In this document: positions 47,365 through 57,353 of the stretch, one piece after another
How the letters are laid out: each line of letters begins with the position of its first letter
Numbering within the stretch: the first letter of the stretch is position 1
Assembly (NCBI GenBank): GCA_965223325.1
Contig: CBDCWI010000002.1
Location: 3,840,001 to 3,904,000 of the forward strand
Origin: Candidatus Multivoradales bacterium
Lineage (GTDB): Bacteria; Acidobacteriota; Thermoanaerobaculia; Multivoradales; Multivoraceae
Length of the DNA stretch: 64,000 nucleotides
Direction: 5' to 3'
The notes under the pieces: generated by a model
What the model was told of the DNA's origin: nothing
The model's database searches: none
The model's input: only the letters and a program-made list of their open reading frames with translations
Program-made: the position numbers and the translations under genes

Positions 47365-48993
47365 ATGACGGATCGTCTGGAACAACTCGAGACAAGGTGG
47401 GCGAATGACCCCGAGTCGCGCATCTTTCTGCAACTGGCGGAGGAGTACCGGCGCGGCGGTCGCGCCGCCGATGCCATTCCCGTCCTCGAGAAGGGCCTGG
47501 AGCACCATGGCAACTGGATCGGTGCTCAGGTATGCCTTGGGCGCTGCCGGCTAGAGACCGGTAACCCGGTTGGAGCGGCGGCTTGCCTCGAGGCGGTGGT
47601 GCGCAAGGACCCGACACAGTTGATGGCCTACCGGCTGCTGGTCGAAGCCTACATCGACCTCCACGACGCCGAGTCGGCGACCGATCGTTTGCAACTCTAC
47701 GACCAGCTCAACGAGGGTGATCCCGAAGTCGAGTTGCTGCGCGAGCGCGTTTCGGCGCTCCAGGGTGGGGAGCCCGCGGTTTCCGTGGCCGAGGTCGCCA
47801 CAGAAGGGGATGCGTCCGACCACGAAGCGTTGATCGACGAGGACGACACGGCGTCTGAGGTGTCGGTGATGGAGATTCCGCCGGAGGAGGCGCCTCCGCT
47901 CGCGGAGGCTCCGACGCTGGAGGCCGTCACGCTGGTCGAAGACGACATGGCGGAGCAGCCGGAACTCGCGGTGGTCGACGAAGATTCTTACGCTCTCGAC
48001 CAACCGATCAGCGCCGAATTCGAAGCACCCGTTTCGCTCGATCCGGAACCGGCTTCAGCCGCGCAAGTCGAAGCGCAGGAGGAAGAGAACTTCGAGGACG
48101 AGACCATGGAGCTGTCGTCAGACTCGTTTGGCCAGACATTCGACCAGCCAACCGATTTGTCTGCCGAAGAGGAGTTCGACGCTCCCGAGGAAGTCGTCGA
48201 CGCGCAGCCTGAACTTTCCGCCTTCGACGATCAGGACGAGGCCGCGGCCGATGACGAGGACTTCGGCGAAGACGCGGTGGCGGCTTCTGACTGGCACCAT
48301 GCTGAACCCGAAGAGCTCGAGGCCGTTGTGGAGAGTTCTGAGGCCATGGACGACGTCCCAGTACGCACCCCGGTAGCTGCAGTGGCAGCGGGTCCGGTAC
48401 CGGCCGCCTCCAACGATGGGCCGCTCACATTCGTGCCGTCGGCAACCCCACCTCCCGATCTGGTCTCAGTCCTCACCGTAGCGCCACCGCGGATCCTCAG
48501 ACCACGCGAACGCCGATCGCCCGCGACCTCGAACGACCTGCCCGAGGCACCGGAGGTCCCCGAGCCTGCCGCTCCAGGAGTTCTTGCCGAGGAGAGCATG
48601 GACCGCAGCGGCGAGGTGGTTCCTGCGCCGCTGCCATTCAAACGAGCGACCGCAGAAGTCGTAGGCGAGGTGGTTGCGGCATCCTCTTCCCCGGCCATGG
48701 ATGCTCTCCGGCTTAGCGGTTCGATGCCAGCCCTCGATCTGTCGAAGACCCTTTCGGAGGGTGCCGAAGAGGTCTCCGCGGCGACGGGCCTATGGCCTGA
48801 CGATGAGCCGACTGCGGCGTCCGGAGGGCTTTCAACCCTCGGGCCGACCACCGTGGACGTGAGGGAGACCGGCGCAATGTCGGTGCGTGAACTCGTTGGC
48901 GATGCGGTGGCCGAGGGCGACTCGGAGGTCGAGAAGAAGTCGAACGTCTTGAAGTCGTACCTCGACCGGTTGCAGTCCAACAAGGACGACTAG
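47365..48993 (+). CDS. TPR-domain protein with a long acidic low-complexity region
   Basis: DPESRIFLQLAEEYRR..., about 3 TPR-like repeats, an Asp/Glu/Pro-rich linker and a short C-terminal helix (LKSYLDRL). Confidence 0.8.
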   Translation: MTDRLEQLETRWANDPESRIFLQLAEEYRRGGRAADAIPVLEKGLEHHGNWIGAQVCLGRCRLETGNPVGAAACLEAVVRKDPTQLMAYRLLVEAYIDLHDAESATDRLQLYDQLNEGDPEVELLRERVSALQGGEPAVSVAEVATEGDASDHEALIDEDDTASEVSVMEIPPEEAPPLAEAPTLEAVTLVEDDMAEQPELAVVDEDSYALDQPISAEFEAPVSLDPEPASAAQVEAQEEENFEDETMELSSDSFGQTFDQPTDLSAEEEFDAPEEVVDAQPELSAFDDQDEAAADDEDFGEDAVAASDWHHAEPEELEAVVESSEAMDDVPVRTPVAAVAAGPVPAASNDGPLTFVPSATPPPDLVSVLTVAPPRILRPRERRSPATSNDLPEAPEVPEPAAPGVLAEESMDRSGEVVPAPLPFKRATAEVVGEVVAASSSPAMDALRLSGSMPALDLSKTLSEGAEEVSAATGLWPDDEPTAASGGLSTLGPTTVDVRETGAMSVRELVGDAVAEGDSEVEKKSNVLKSYLDRLQSNKDD

Positions 48994-49109
48994 ACCAGGC
49001 CTTTCGGGTTCGGGTAGCGTAGCGCGAGGTCGCTTGGCTCACCGCCAGCGCGACGAGACAAAACCCTTCTTGCGGCCATCACAAATGCCTCGAAAGAGCG
49101 CAGGGGGCC

Positions 49110-49508
49110 GTGGGACGGTCTGGAAAGGCTGACCTGGTGTTCCTGGAGCCGCTGAGCCGCATCGCAGAACGGATCGAGGGTGCGCAGGCGCTCGGCTTGT
49201 TCGCCGAGGACGGCGTGCAGATCGAATGCATCGAAGCGCGGGTAGACCCAGCGCCTTCGCTCGAAGAGTTGGGCGTCGAGTTGATGGCTCAGGCGCGGAG
49301 GATGCGCGCCAACCATCGCGAGATGGAGGCCGGCGGCGTTCGCTGCTACGTTGTGCAAACACAGGAGCGTGTCCTGGTCCTCGAGCGCTCGGTAGACGAG
49401 CACTGGTTGGTGCTGGTCGGCGACCCCGGAACCCCACTCGGAAGAGCGCGTTGGGAGTTGCGGCGCGCCGCCATCGAGCTGGGCCGCGAGCTCTCCGGTT
49501 TGCAGTGA
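49110..49508 (+). CDS. Roadblock/LC7-domain protein (MglB/MglC-like); start uncertain
   Basis: L..IAERIEGA...GLFAEDGV.IE at the N-terminus and LGRARWELRR at the C-terminus, typical of roadblock proteins. Confidence 0.7.
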   Translation: MGRSGKADLVFLEPLSRIAERIEGAQALGLFAEDGVQIECIEARVDPAPSLEELGVELMAQARRMRANHREMEAGGVRCYVVQTQERVLVLERSVDEHWLVLVGDPGTPLGRARWELRRAAIELGRELSGLQ

Positions 49509-49766
49509 GTTGAGCCCGTAGGATCTCGCCTCGCTCCGATCTTGCGGTGGTAAGCTCTCGCTTTGCCGACCTGCAATTCCTACACTCACCAATCCTGCAT
49601 TCACCAACCCTTCTTTCAGCATCCTGACCGGGGCCCCCTCAGTCCGTAGCGCGCAACCGGCGCACTCGGCTGTGGGTTGATGTGAGGCACCCGCGTAGCC
49701 TTCGCCGCCCTCTCTTCGTGGGCTCGACCAGAGGATGGGTTTTGAACGCTTAGAGGGAGAACACCC

Positions 49767-50252
49767 TTGCTGACCTTCGAGGAGATCCAGCAGCTGATCG
49801 AGACGGTCGCCGACCGAGAACTGGAGCGTGTGGAGATCGAGCGCGCCGGCTTTCGGCTTCAGATCGTCGGCCAGTCGGCACCAACCGTAGTTCAGGCTGC
49901 GCTACCGCCGGCCCAGGCCCCGCAAGCTCCGGTTGCGGTAGCAGCACCCGAAGTCGCTCCCGCTCCTGCGGCTGCTGCTGCCGGCGAGTCCGAGGGTACT
50001 GTCGCGTCTGATGCGCACATTCTCGAGTCGCCGATCGTCGGGACCTTCTACAGCTCGCCCAACCCCGAGGCCGATCCTTATGTTCGGCCCGGTGATCGAG
50101 TGCGCCAGGGTCAGGTCCTGTGCATCGTCGAGGCGATGAAGCTCATGAACGAAATCGAAGCTGACGTCGACGGCGTCATTGTCGAGGTGTTCCCCAAGAA
50201 CTCGCAGCCGGTCGAATTCGGCGAACCATTGTTCGCGATCGACGCGGACTAG
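49767..50252 (+). CDS. accB: Acetyl-CoA carboxylase biotin carboxyl carrier protein
   Basis: SPIVGTFY, EAMKLMNEI biotinylation motif. Confidence 0.96.
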   Translation: MLTFEEIQQLIETVADRELERVEIERAGFRLQIVGQSAPTVVQAALPPAQAPQAPVAVAAPEVAPAPAAAAAGESEGTVASDAHILESPIVGTFYSSPNPEADPYVRPGDRVRQGQVLCIVEAMKLMNEIEADVDGVIVEVFPKNSQPVEFGEPLFAIDAD

Positions 50253-50341
50253 AAGAGCTCCACCAACGGACTGCCGGAAGCTTCCCTCGTCGCCTTTTTC
50301 CCTGGCGATTCGGAGACTGCGGCTGAAGGGTCACAGAGACT

Positions 50342-51703
50342 TTGCTCAAGAAGGTGTTGATCGCCAATCGGGGCGAGATCGCGTTGCGCGTCATCTACGC
50401 GTGTCGAGAACTCGGAATCCAGACGGTAGCCGTGCACAGCTCGGCGGACGAGGAGTCCATGCATGTGCTCTCTGCGGATGAGGACATCTGCGTCGGGCCG
50501 GCGTCGTCGGCCGAGAGTTACCTCGACATGAGTCGCATCCTGTCGGCGGCGGAGATCACCGGTGCCGATGCGGTACACCCGGGCTACGGTTTTCTGGCCG
50601 AGAACGCGCACTTCGCCGAGGTCGTCGAAGAGTGTGGGATGACCTGGATTGGTCCCCGCCCCGAGACCATTCGTCTGATGGGCGACAAGGCGGCAGCTCG
50701 CGAAACCGCCCAGCGGGCTGGCGTGCCAGTGCTGCCTGGCAGCGAAGGTGGCATTGACACGGTTGACGACGCCAAGCGTCTTGCCGGTGAGATCGGCCTG
50801 CCGGTCATTCTCAAAGCAGCTGCTGGCGGTGGTGGTCGTGGTATGCGCATCGTGAGAGACGAAGAGGAGCTCGAAGACGCCTACCAGACCGCGCGCTCGG
50901 AGGCCAAGATCGCCTTCGGTGACGACACCGTGTACCTCGAGAAGTACCTCGATGCGCCGCGACACATCGAGTTCCAGATTTTCGGCGACCGTGATGGCAA
51001 CGCCTTCCAGCTCGGCGAGCGTGAGTGTTCGATTCAGCGCCGTCATCAGAAGCTCATCGAAGAGTCGCCTGCGCCCGGGCTGACCGAGGGTCTGCGCCGC
51101 CGAATGGCGGACGCCGCGGTGCGCTTGACCGCCGAGGTCGGCTACGTGAATGCCGGCACGATCGAGTTTCTCGTGGACCGGGATGGCAGCTTCTATTTCA
51201 TGGAGATGAACACCCGCATTCAGGTGGAGCATCCTGTGACCGAGTTGGTCACCGCCCTCGATCTGGTCAAGATGCAGCTGCGCATCGCGTCCGGTGAGTC
51301 CATCGAGGTACCGTCTGACCTGCGCTCACGCGGCCATGCCATCGAGTGCCGGATCAACGCGGAAGACCCGTTCAGCTTCCGCCCGAGCCCGGGACGCATT
51401 GAGACTTTCCACCCGCCTGGCGGCCCGGGGATTCGACTCGACACCCACGCCTACGAGCAGTACTACTTCCCGCCTCACTACGACTCGCTGGTCGCCAAGC
51501 TACTCGCCTGGGGGCGCGACCGAGAGGAAGCGATCGCTCGCATGTCCCGAGCCCTCGATCTGTTTGTCATCGAGGGAATCCAGACCACGATCCCGCTCCA
51601 TCAACAGCTCATGCAACAGGATGACTTTCGGGCTGGAAGACTTTCAACCCGATTTCTCGAGCGTTACCTCGAAGAACGCCCCCCGGGGAACGAGAAGGGG
51701 TGA
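50342..51703 (+). CDS. accC: Acetyl-CoA carboxylase biotin carboxylase
   Basis: [51 protein letters not shown]. Confidence 0.96.
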   Translation: MLKKVLIANRGEIALRVIYACRELGIQTVAVHSSADEESMHVLSADEDICVGPASSAESYLDMSRILSAAEITGADAVHPGYGFLAENAHFAEVVEECGMTWIGPRPETIRLMGDKAAARETAQRAGVPVLPGSEGGIDTVDDAKRLAGEIGLPVILKAAAGGGGRGMRIVRDEEELEDAYQTARSEAKIAFGDDTVYLEKYLDAPRHIEFQIFGDRDGNAFQLGERECSIQRRHQKLIEESPAPGLTEGLRRRMADAAVRLTAEVGYVNAGTIEFLVDRDGSFYFMEMNTRIQVEHPVTELVTALDLVKMQLRIASGESIEVPSDLRSRGHAIECRINAEDPFSFRPSPGRIETFHPPGGPGIRLDTHAYEQYYFPPHYDSLVAKLLAWGRDREEAIARMSRALDLFVIEGIQTTIPLHQQLMQQDDFRAGRLSTRFLERYLEERPPGNEKG

Positions 51704-51765
51704 ACGCTTCGACCGTCTCCTCAGGTCGTCTAGGTAGAGTGGCCTCGGGCGACGAAGGTTGAGAC

Positions 51766-52428
51766 GTGTCTCCTGATCAGGTTCCGCTTCTCTACGCGAT
51801 CGCCGATGTCGCGGCTCTTCATCCGATCCCGCCAGACGAAGCCATTTGTGCCCTGGCCCATGCCGGGGTCGGGTGGATTCAGCTGCGCGCCAAGGCGGTT
51901 TCGGATCGGGAGCTCTGGCGGGTGGTTGAACGAACCGTCAAACGGCTCGGTGAATCGACGGCTGCCGAGTGCCTGTGGATCAACGACCGCCCCGACATCG
52001 CCGCGCTGTTCCCCGTCCTGGGCGTCCATCTCGGCCAGGACGACCTGCCGCCCGAAGCCGCCCGCGCCGTCGTTCCCGCGCACATGTTGGTGGGCCGCTC
52101 GACTCATGACCTGGCCCAGGCGCGCGTTGCCGAGGCCGATCCGGCGGTCGATGTTGTAGCCATCGGGCCAGTTTTTGAGACCAGCGGGAAAGTTGACCCG
52201 GATCCGGTCGTTGGCTTGACTGCTCTCGCCGAGATTGCCGGGGTGGTCTCCAAACCTCTGGTTGCCATCGGTGGCCTGGATGCACAGAATGCACAGAGCG
52301 TGCTCGATGCGGGTGCTGATGGCTTGGCCTTCCTGGGCGCGATCAGCCACGGTGCGCGAGCGCCGAAAGACCTCGCTCTGCGCGCCTCGGTTCTGGCGTC
52401 GTCGTTCCAACCCACTGACCGATCGTGA
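51766..52428 (+). CDS. thiE: Thiamine-phosphate synthase
   Basis: IQLRAK, INDRPD, GVHLGQDD, GRSTH, GPVFETSGK, VAIGG. Confidence 0.88.
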   Translation: MSPDQVPLLYAIADVAALHPIPPDEAICALAHAGVGWIQLRAKAVSDRELWRVVERTVKRLGESTAAECLWINDRPDIAALFPVLGVHLGQDDLPPEAARAVVPAHMLVGRSTHDLAQARVAEADPAVDVVAIGPVFETSGKVDPDPVVGLTALAEIAGVVSKPLVAIGGLDAQNAQSVLDAGADGLAFLGAISHGARAPKDLALRASVLASSFQPTDRS

Positions 52429-52595
52429 TGATGGGGGTGACTCTTGACTACTACAGCTCTTCTCTGTTTCGTGGCGATTTGCGGCACCGTGTGGGGCGGC
52501 TTTCTCCTCCTCGTCTTCAAGGCCAGCCGCGGAGAACGCGCTTCGGATCGCTAGTAGTTTTCACCTTCCCTGCTGAAGAACACTCTGACCTCGAA

Positions 52596-53180
52596 ATGTC
52601 GAATCGCTGCGAAACGTCCAGAAGGCTCCCAGAGCGCATCTATCTGGTCGGCTTCATGGGCTGTGGCAAGACCACGGTCGGAAGAAGGCTGGCGCGCGAC
52701 CTCCGCTGGTTGTTTCTCGATCTCGACCGGGAGATCGAGATCGAGACCGGTATGTCGGTGCGGGAGATCTTCCGTAGCGAGGGGGAAGAACACTTCCGTA
52801 GGCTCGAGCGCAGTGAACTCGAGCGCACCGCGACGCTTTCGAATGTCGTGGTGGCGACCGGCGGTGGGCTCTGGATGAGACCTGAGAACCGCGAGTTGAT
52901 CGCGGAGTCGGGCCTTTCGCTATGGCTCGACCTGCCGCTCGACGAGCTCCTGACGCGACTCGATCGTTCGGCAGGATCACGCCCGCTGCACAAAAACCGC
53001 GAGTCGACGACCCAGCTGTTCGAAGAGCGATTGCCGGCCTATCGGGAGGCAGCCTTGCGGGTGCCGGTGAGTGACGCTGAGGCGCCTGCGCAGGTCTCGC
53101 GCCGGATCGTTTCGCTTCTCTACCGTGGCTGGCAGAAGGCCGTGCGCTCGGAGGCTCGTGTAGATCGATGCGCTACCTGA
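52596..53180 (+). CDS. aroK: Shikimate kinase
   Basis: LVGFMGCGKTTVG, DLD, GE..FR..E, ATGGG, RPL, R...Y. Confidence 0.92.
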   Translation: MSNRCETSRRLPERIYLVGFMGCGKTTVGRRLARDLRWLFLDLDREIEIETGMSVREIFRSEGEEHFRRLERSELERTATLSNVVVATGGGLWMRPENRELIAESGLSLWLDLPLDELLTRLDRSAGSRPLHKNRESTTQLFEERLPAYREAALRVPVSDAEAPAQVSRRIVSLLYRGWQKAVRSEARVDRCAT

Positions 53181-53911
53181 TCGTCAGCGACATGCACGGC
53201 AACGGGGAAGCCTTTCGCACCGTGTTGCGTCGGGTGCGCCGCAAGCGCTTCGGTGCAACCCTGGTGCTTGGTGACCTGGTCGGTTATGGAGCCGAACCCA
53301 ATCAGGTCGTCGAGACCCTGAGCAGGCTCCCTGGGCGTCGCTACACCGTGCGCGGGAACCACGACAAGGTGATCGCTGAGATCGAGAACGGGTCGGGCTT
53401 CAACGACGCCGCCCTGCGTGCGGCACGCTGGACCACCGCCAAGCTGACCCCCAGGAATCTGAGCGTCGTGCGCAACCTGCCCGAGGGTCCGATGAACATC
53501 ACCGACGAGCTGGCTATCTGCCACGGCTCACCGGTCGATGAAGACCAGTACCTGTTCTCGGAGTACGACGCGAGCGGTGTTTTCGATCGATTTCCGGCCA
53601 ATGTCACCTTCTTCGGCCACACGCACCTGCCTTCGGTGTTCATCTTGCATGCCGGTGGTGTAAAGGGGATTCTGCTCGTCGGCGACCGCGGTCGCATTTC
53701 GATTCAACCCGGGTTTCGCTACCTGATCAACCCGGGGTCGGTAGGCCAGCCGCGCGACCGCAACCCGCGCGCCGCCTTCATGATCTACGACGAGACGTCA
53801 CAGACCGTGCACTGGTATCGCGTGCCTTATGCGGTGGGCGAAGCGCAGCGCCGGATCGTCGCAGCCGGCCTCCCGGAGCCGCTCGCGGATCGCTTGGCCT
53901 ACGGAGTCTGA
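53168..53911 (+). CDS. Calcineurin-like metallophosphoesterase
   Basis: SDMHGN, LGDLVGYG, RGNHD, CHGSP, GHTH, NPGSVGQPRD. Confidence 0.92.
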   Translation: MRYLIVSDMHGNGEAFRTVLRRVRRKRFGATLVLGDLVGYGAEPNQVVETLSRLPGRRYTVRGNHDKVIAEIENGSGFNDAALRAARWTTAKLTPRNLSVVRNLPEGPMNITDELAICHGSPVDEDQYLFSEYDASGVFDRFPANVTFFGHTHLPSVFILHAGGVKGILLVGDRGRISIQPGFRYLINPGSVGQPRDRNPRAAFMIYDETSQTVHWYRVPYAVGEAQRRIVAAGLPEPLADRLAYGV

Positions 53912-53969
53912 GTTCGGGCGTTCGCGCGATTCAGGTACCCTGCCTCCAGATTGTGCTTGGGAGGCCGCC

Positions 53970-54626
53970 ATGAAGGAGAAACGATCCCGGTCGACGGAAT
54001 CGGTAGCGGGGACTGCGGAGCTCGACGGGACCCGTCGCCGGGTCTTGCAGGTGATTGCAGGCGGCGCAGTGGTCGTTGGTGCTGAGCCGCGATCTCTCTT
54101 CGCCTGGGCGCGGGCGCTTCACGAAAGCGGAGAGTTGGGCGAGACGTCACCGCTCTCTCGTTTGACAGAGGGAGAGGCCGAAGCGGTTGCCGTTCTTGTC
54201 GATCGCATCCTCCCGGCGAGTGACACACCGGGGGCGCGCGCCGCCGGCGTTCACCTGTTCATCGACCGCATGCTCGCGGGCTGGCTCGACGAGCGTGCGG
54301 CGCGTCGATTTCTGAAAGGCCTGCGTGGGACCCTGCGTCGTGCGCGGCGGCAGTTCGGCGTGCCACTCGCTGCCCTTCTGCCCGAGCAGGTCGACGAGCT
54401 GTTGACCGCCGCCGCCCTTTCGGCGCGCAGCGAGCGGCCAGGAGAGAGCTTCTCGACGTCGCGTGCGACGCTTCATCGGCAGCCCTTCTTCGATGTCTTG
54501 AAGTGGCTGACGCTGGTTGGCTACTACACCTCCGAAGTCGGGATGCGTGAAGAGCTGGGGTACAAGACCCTTCCCGGGACCTACGACCCGTGTGTCGATG
54601 TCGCGGCTCTCGGACGAGGGGAGTGA
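53970..54626 (+). CDS. Gluconate 2-dehydrogenase subunit 3-family (Tat hitch-hiker) protein
   Basis: Twin-arginine TRRRVL; ILPASDTPGA..AGV..FID; GYYTSEVG. Confidence 0.85.
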   Translation: MKEKRSRSTESVAGTAELDGTRRRVLQVIAGGAVVVGAEPRSLFAWARALHESGELGETSPLSRLTEGEAEAVAVLVDRILPASDTPGARAAGVHLFIDRMLAGWLDERAARRFLKGLRGTLRRARRQFGVPLAALLPEQVDELLTAAALSARSERPGESFSTSRATLHRQPFFDVLKWLTLVGYYTSEVGMREELGYKTLPGTYDPCVDVAALGRGE

Positions 54627-54630
54627 GTCA

Positions 54631-56334
54631 ATGCAGGCGATCAAACAGCGTAAGGTCTGGGACGCTATCGTCATCGGCTCGGGAATGACCGGTGGTTGGG
54701 CGGCGAAGGAACTGAGCGAAGCGGGTCTCGAGGTCCTGGTGCTCGAAGCCGGTCGCCAGATCGAACCCGAGGACTACGAAGACCACACGCCACCCTGGGA
54801 GCTCGAGTACCGTGGCCTCGAAGATCATCGGAAGGCAACCCGCGAGCAACCCATTCAAACGCTCTGCTACGCGTGCGACGAGTGGGGCAGTAAGTTCTTC
54901 GTCAACGACCACGACGAGCCCTATTCGGTAGCGCCCGAGAGCCAGGGTTTTCGCTACATCCGCGGCCGCCATGTCGGCGGGCGCTCGATCATGTGGGGCC
55001 GGCAGAGCTATCGCTGGTCAGACCTCGATTTCGAGGCCAACGCACGTGACGGCTTCGGGGTGGATTGGCCTATTCGTTACGCCGACCTGGCGCCAGCCTA
55101 CGACCGCGTCGAACGGTTCGCTGGCATCTCAGGGCAACGCGAAGGCAACGCCCAGTTGCCCGACGGTCAGTTCCTGCCTGCCATGCCGCTCAACTGTATG
55201 GAGGAGCGTTCCCGCGAGCGGCTCATGAAGGCCTTCGGCGGCAGCCATCTCTTGACCCCGGCACGTGTGGCGGTTCTGACCGAACGTCACAACGGTCGCA
55301 GTGCTTGCCACTACTGCGGCCCGTGCCGCCGTGGTTGTCGAACGCGTTCCTACTTCAGTTCGATCAACGCCACCCTTCCGGCCGCGGCTGCCACCGGTCG
55401 TATGACCCTGCGGCCTCACAGCGTCGTCGCCGAGTTGATCTACGACCAAGAGCGCGATCGCGTGCGCGGTGTTCGGGTGATCGACGGCCAGACGAAAGCG
55501 GACATGGAGTTTGACGGGCGCATCGTCTTCTTGTGTGCGTCGGCGATCGAGTCGGCGCGCCTGCTCTTGAACTCGAAGAGCCCACGCTTCTCCGATGGCC
55601 TGGCCAATTCGAGTGATCAGGTGGGTCGCAACCTGATGGACCACACCTTTCAGGTCGGTGCCAGCGGTCGCCTCGATGGTCTCGAAGACAAGTATGTGCG
55701 CGGCCGGCGGCCAGGCGGAGCCTACGTGCCGCGGTTTGTGAACGTCGATCAGAACAGCAAGCGGGACTTCTTGCGCGGCTACGGTTTCCAGGTCGGGGCG
55801 AGTCGTTCATCGAGGTGGCGCTCTGGGGTAGGCACCCCCGACTTCGGCGCCGACTGGAAAAGCGGCCTGCGCGGCTTGACCCAGTGGCGCATGAACTTCA
55901 CCGGCTTTGGTGAATGCCTGCCCAATCCCGATAATCGGGTGACCATCGATTCGAAGCTGGTCGACAAGTGGGGTATCCCCGCACCGCGTTTCAACGTTTC
56001 GTTCGGCGAGAACGAGCGCGCGATCCGCGAGGACATCAAGAAGACCGCTGTCGAGATGCTCGAGGCCGTCGGCGCACATCACATCACCACCTATGACCGT
56101 GATCCGCCGCCGGGCTTCGCGATACACGAAATGGGAACTGCCCGCATGGGACGCGACCCGAAGACTTCGGTGCTCAACCAGTGGTGCCAGTCCTGGGACG
56201 TTCCCAACCTCTTCATCTCGGATGGCGCCGCGATGGCGTCGTCAGCCTGCCAGAACCCGTCCCTGACCTATATGGCCCTCACGGTCCGTGCCTCTGGGCA
56301 CGCGGTGGCCGAGCTCAAGCGCGGCGCAATCTAG
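54631..56334 (+). CDS. GMC-family FAD oxidoreductase (glycoside/sugar 3-dehydrogenase-like catalytic subunit)
   Basis: IGSGMTGG, VGGRSIMWGR, CHYCGPCRRGC Fe-S motif, GRNLMDH, HEMGTARMG, NPSLT. Confidence 0.88.
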   Translation: MQAIKQRKVWDAIVIGSGMTGGWAAKELSEAGLEVLVLEAGRQIEPEDYEDHTPPWELEYRGLEDHRKATREQPIQTLCYACDEWGSKFFVNDHDEPYSVAPESQGFRYIRGRHVGGRSIMWGRQSYRWSDLDFEANARDGFGVDWPIRYADLAPAYDRVERFAGISGQREGNAQLPDGQFLPAMPLNCMEERSRERLMKAFGGSHLLTPARVAVLTERHNGRSACHYCGPCRRGCRTRSYFSSINATLPAAAATGRMTLRPHSVVAELIYDQERDRVRGVRVIDGQTKADMEFDGRIVFLCASAIESARLLLNSKSPRFSDGLANSSDQVGRNLMDHTFQVGASGRLDGLEDKYVRGRRPGGAYVPRFVNVDQNSKRDFLRGYGFQVGASRSSRWRSGVGTPDFGADWKSGLRGLTQWRMNFTGFGECLPNPDNRVTIDSKLVDKWGIPAPRFNVSFGENERAIREDIKKTAVEMLEAVGAHHITTYDRDPPPGFAIHEMGTARMGRDPKTSVLNQWCQSWDVPNLFISDGAAMASSACQNPSLTYMALTVRASGHAVAELKRGAI

Positions 56335-56350
56335 CGCGCCAGACATCTCC

Positions 56351-56367
56351 CGCCTGAGGGTCAGGCG
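56351..56367. terminator. Short hairpin between convergent genes
   Basis: CGCCTGA-GGG-TCAGGCG; no U tract. Confidence 0.3.
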
Positions 56368-57353
56368 CCGCCCGAGAGGATCTCTTGATCTGTTGCGCCT
56401 TGCCGAGCGAGCTCGAGCAGGTTCTCGATGCGATCGTCGGTGACCCCCCGCGCCAGGGTGTCCTCCCAGGCGTCGACCGCTCCCTCGCGGTCGCCGGTTT
56501 GCAGGCGTAGGACGCCGAGAATAAGGCCGGTCTGGGCGTTTTGCGGGTCGACCTCGATGGCGCGCTCGATCAGGCCGAAAGCCTCGTTGGGCTGGCCCAT
56601 CATGTACCGCACCACTCCGGAGACGTAGAGCCCCTTGGGTTCGTCGGGCTCGAGCTCCAGCGCCCGTTGTGCCTCTTGAAAGGCATCGATCGGGCGCTGC
56701 GCGGCCAGCATCAGGTCGGCAATCGCACCATGGGTTGGCGCATCGGTCGCTCCATCGCCGGTGAGGGTACCGCGCAGGCGCTCGACCTCGGCTTCGACCG
56801 CCGGAGGAAGTGGCGGCTGAGCGGCGCCGGCCGGCGGTGCCCCTGAGTCTGCACCGCCACCAGCGGCGGCGTTGCTGTTGACAGGCGGCATCGGTTGGCC
56901 GTCAGGGCCCATGGTGTCGGCCGGCTGCGCTGCCTTGCCGGCCTGGAAGATCAAGATGCCGAGCAGTGCCACCATCGACGCCCCGAGTGCAAAGCCGGCG
57001 AGCAGCGGGTGGCGACCGAAGAAGCCGGGATCGACGCTCGGGCGCTCGCTTGCGGGTTGCGCCTCGCCCCGACGCTTGCTGGCGTCTTGTTGCAGCAGGT
57101 CGAGTTCGCGCAGGGTGATCGCGGCGTGGCGTTCGAGCTCTGCGCGGTCGCGTTCAGCGAGCTCCACAGATTCCGACCCGCGGAGCCGGTGGTAGAGCTC
57201 TTCGCGACGGCGCTCGAGATCCTCGATCTGCAGCTCGAGGTCCTCGAGCACCGGATCTCGGTTGGGCTCGGTACGCAGTAGTCTGACGGCGGCGATGATG
57301 CCGCCGATGAGTGCGAGCACGGCCGTGGTGACGGCGAGGGTGATGTCGGTCAG
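56361..57353 (-). CDS. CcmI/CycH-like TPR membrane protein (probable CTG start at 57353; GTG alternative at 57320)
   Basis: Two TM segments flanking a coiled coil, C-terminal TPRs; last gene of the ccm operon. Confidence 0.75.
   Translation of the reverse strand: MTDITLAVTTAVLALIGGIIAAVRLLRTEPNRDPVLEDLELQIEDLERRREELYHRLRGSESVELAERDRAELERHAAITLRELDLLQQDASKRRGEAQPASERPSVDPGFFGRHPLLAGFALGASMVALLGILIFQAGKAAQPADTMGPDGQPMPPVNSNAAAGGGADSGAPPAGAAQPPLPPAVEAEVERLRGTLTGDGATDAPTHGAIADLMLAAQRPIDAFQEAQRALELEPDEPKGLYVSGVVRYMMGQPNEAFGLIERAIEVDPQNAQTGLILGVLRLQTGDREGAVDAWEDTLARGVTDDRIENLLELARQGATDQEILSGGA

Noticed and set aside
49509-49766. efp remnant or ncRNA between the roadblock gene and accB
   Set aside because: No recognisable EF-P peptide or RNA motif; only short TCACCAA repeats.
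51704-51765. TPP riboswitch before thiE
   Set aside because: The spacer is too short and lacks the conserved CTGAGA/ACCTG core.
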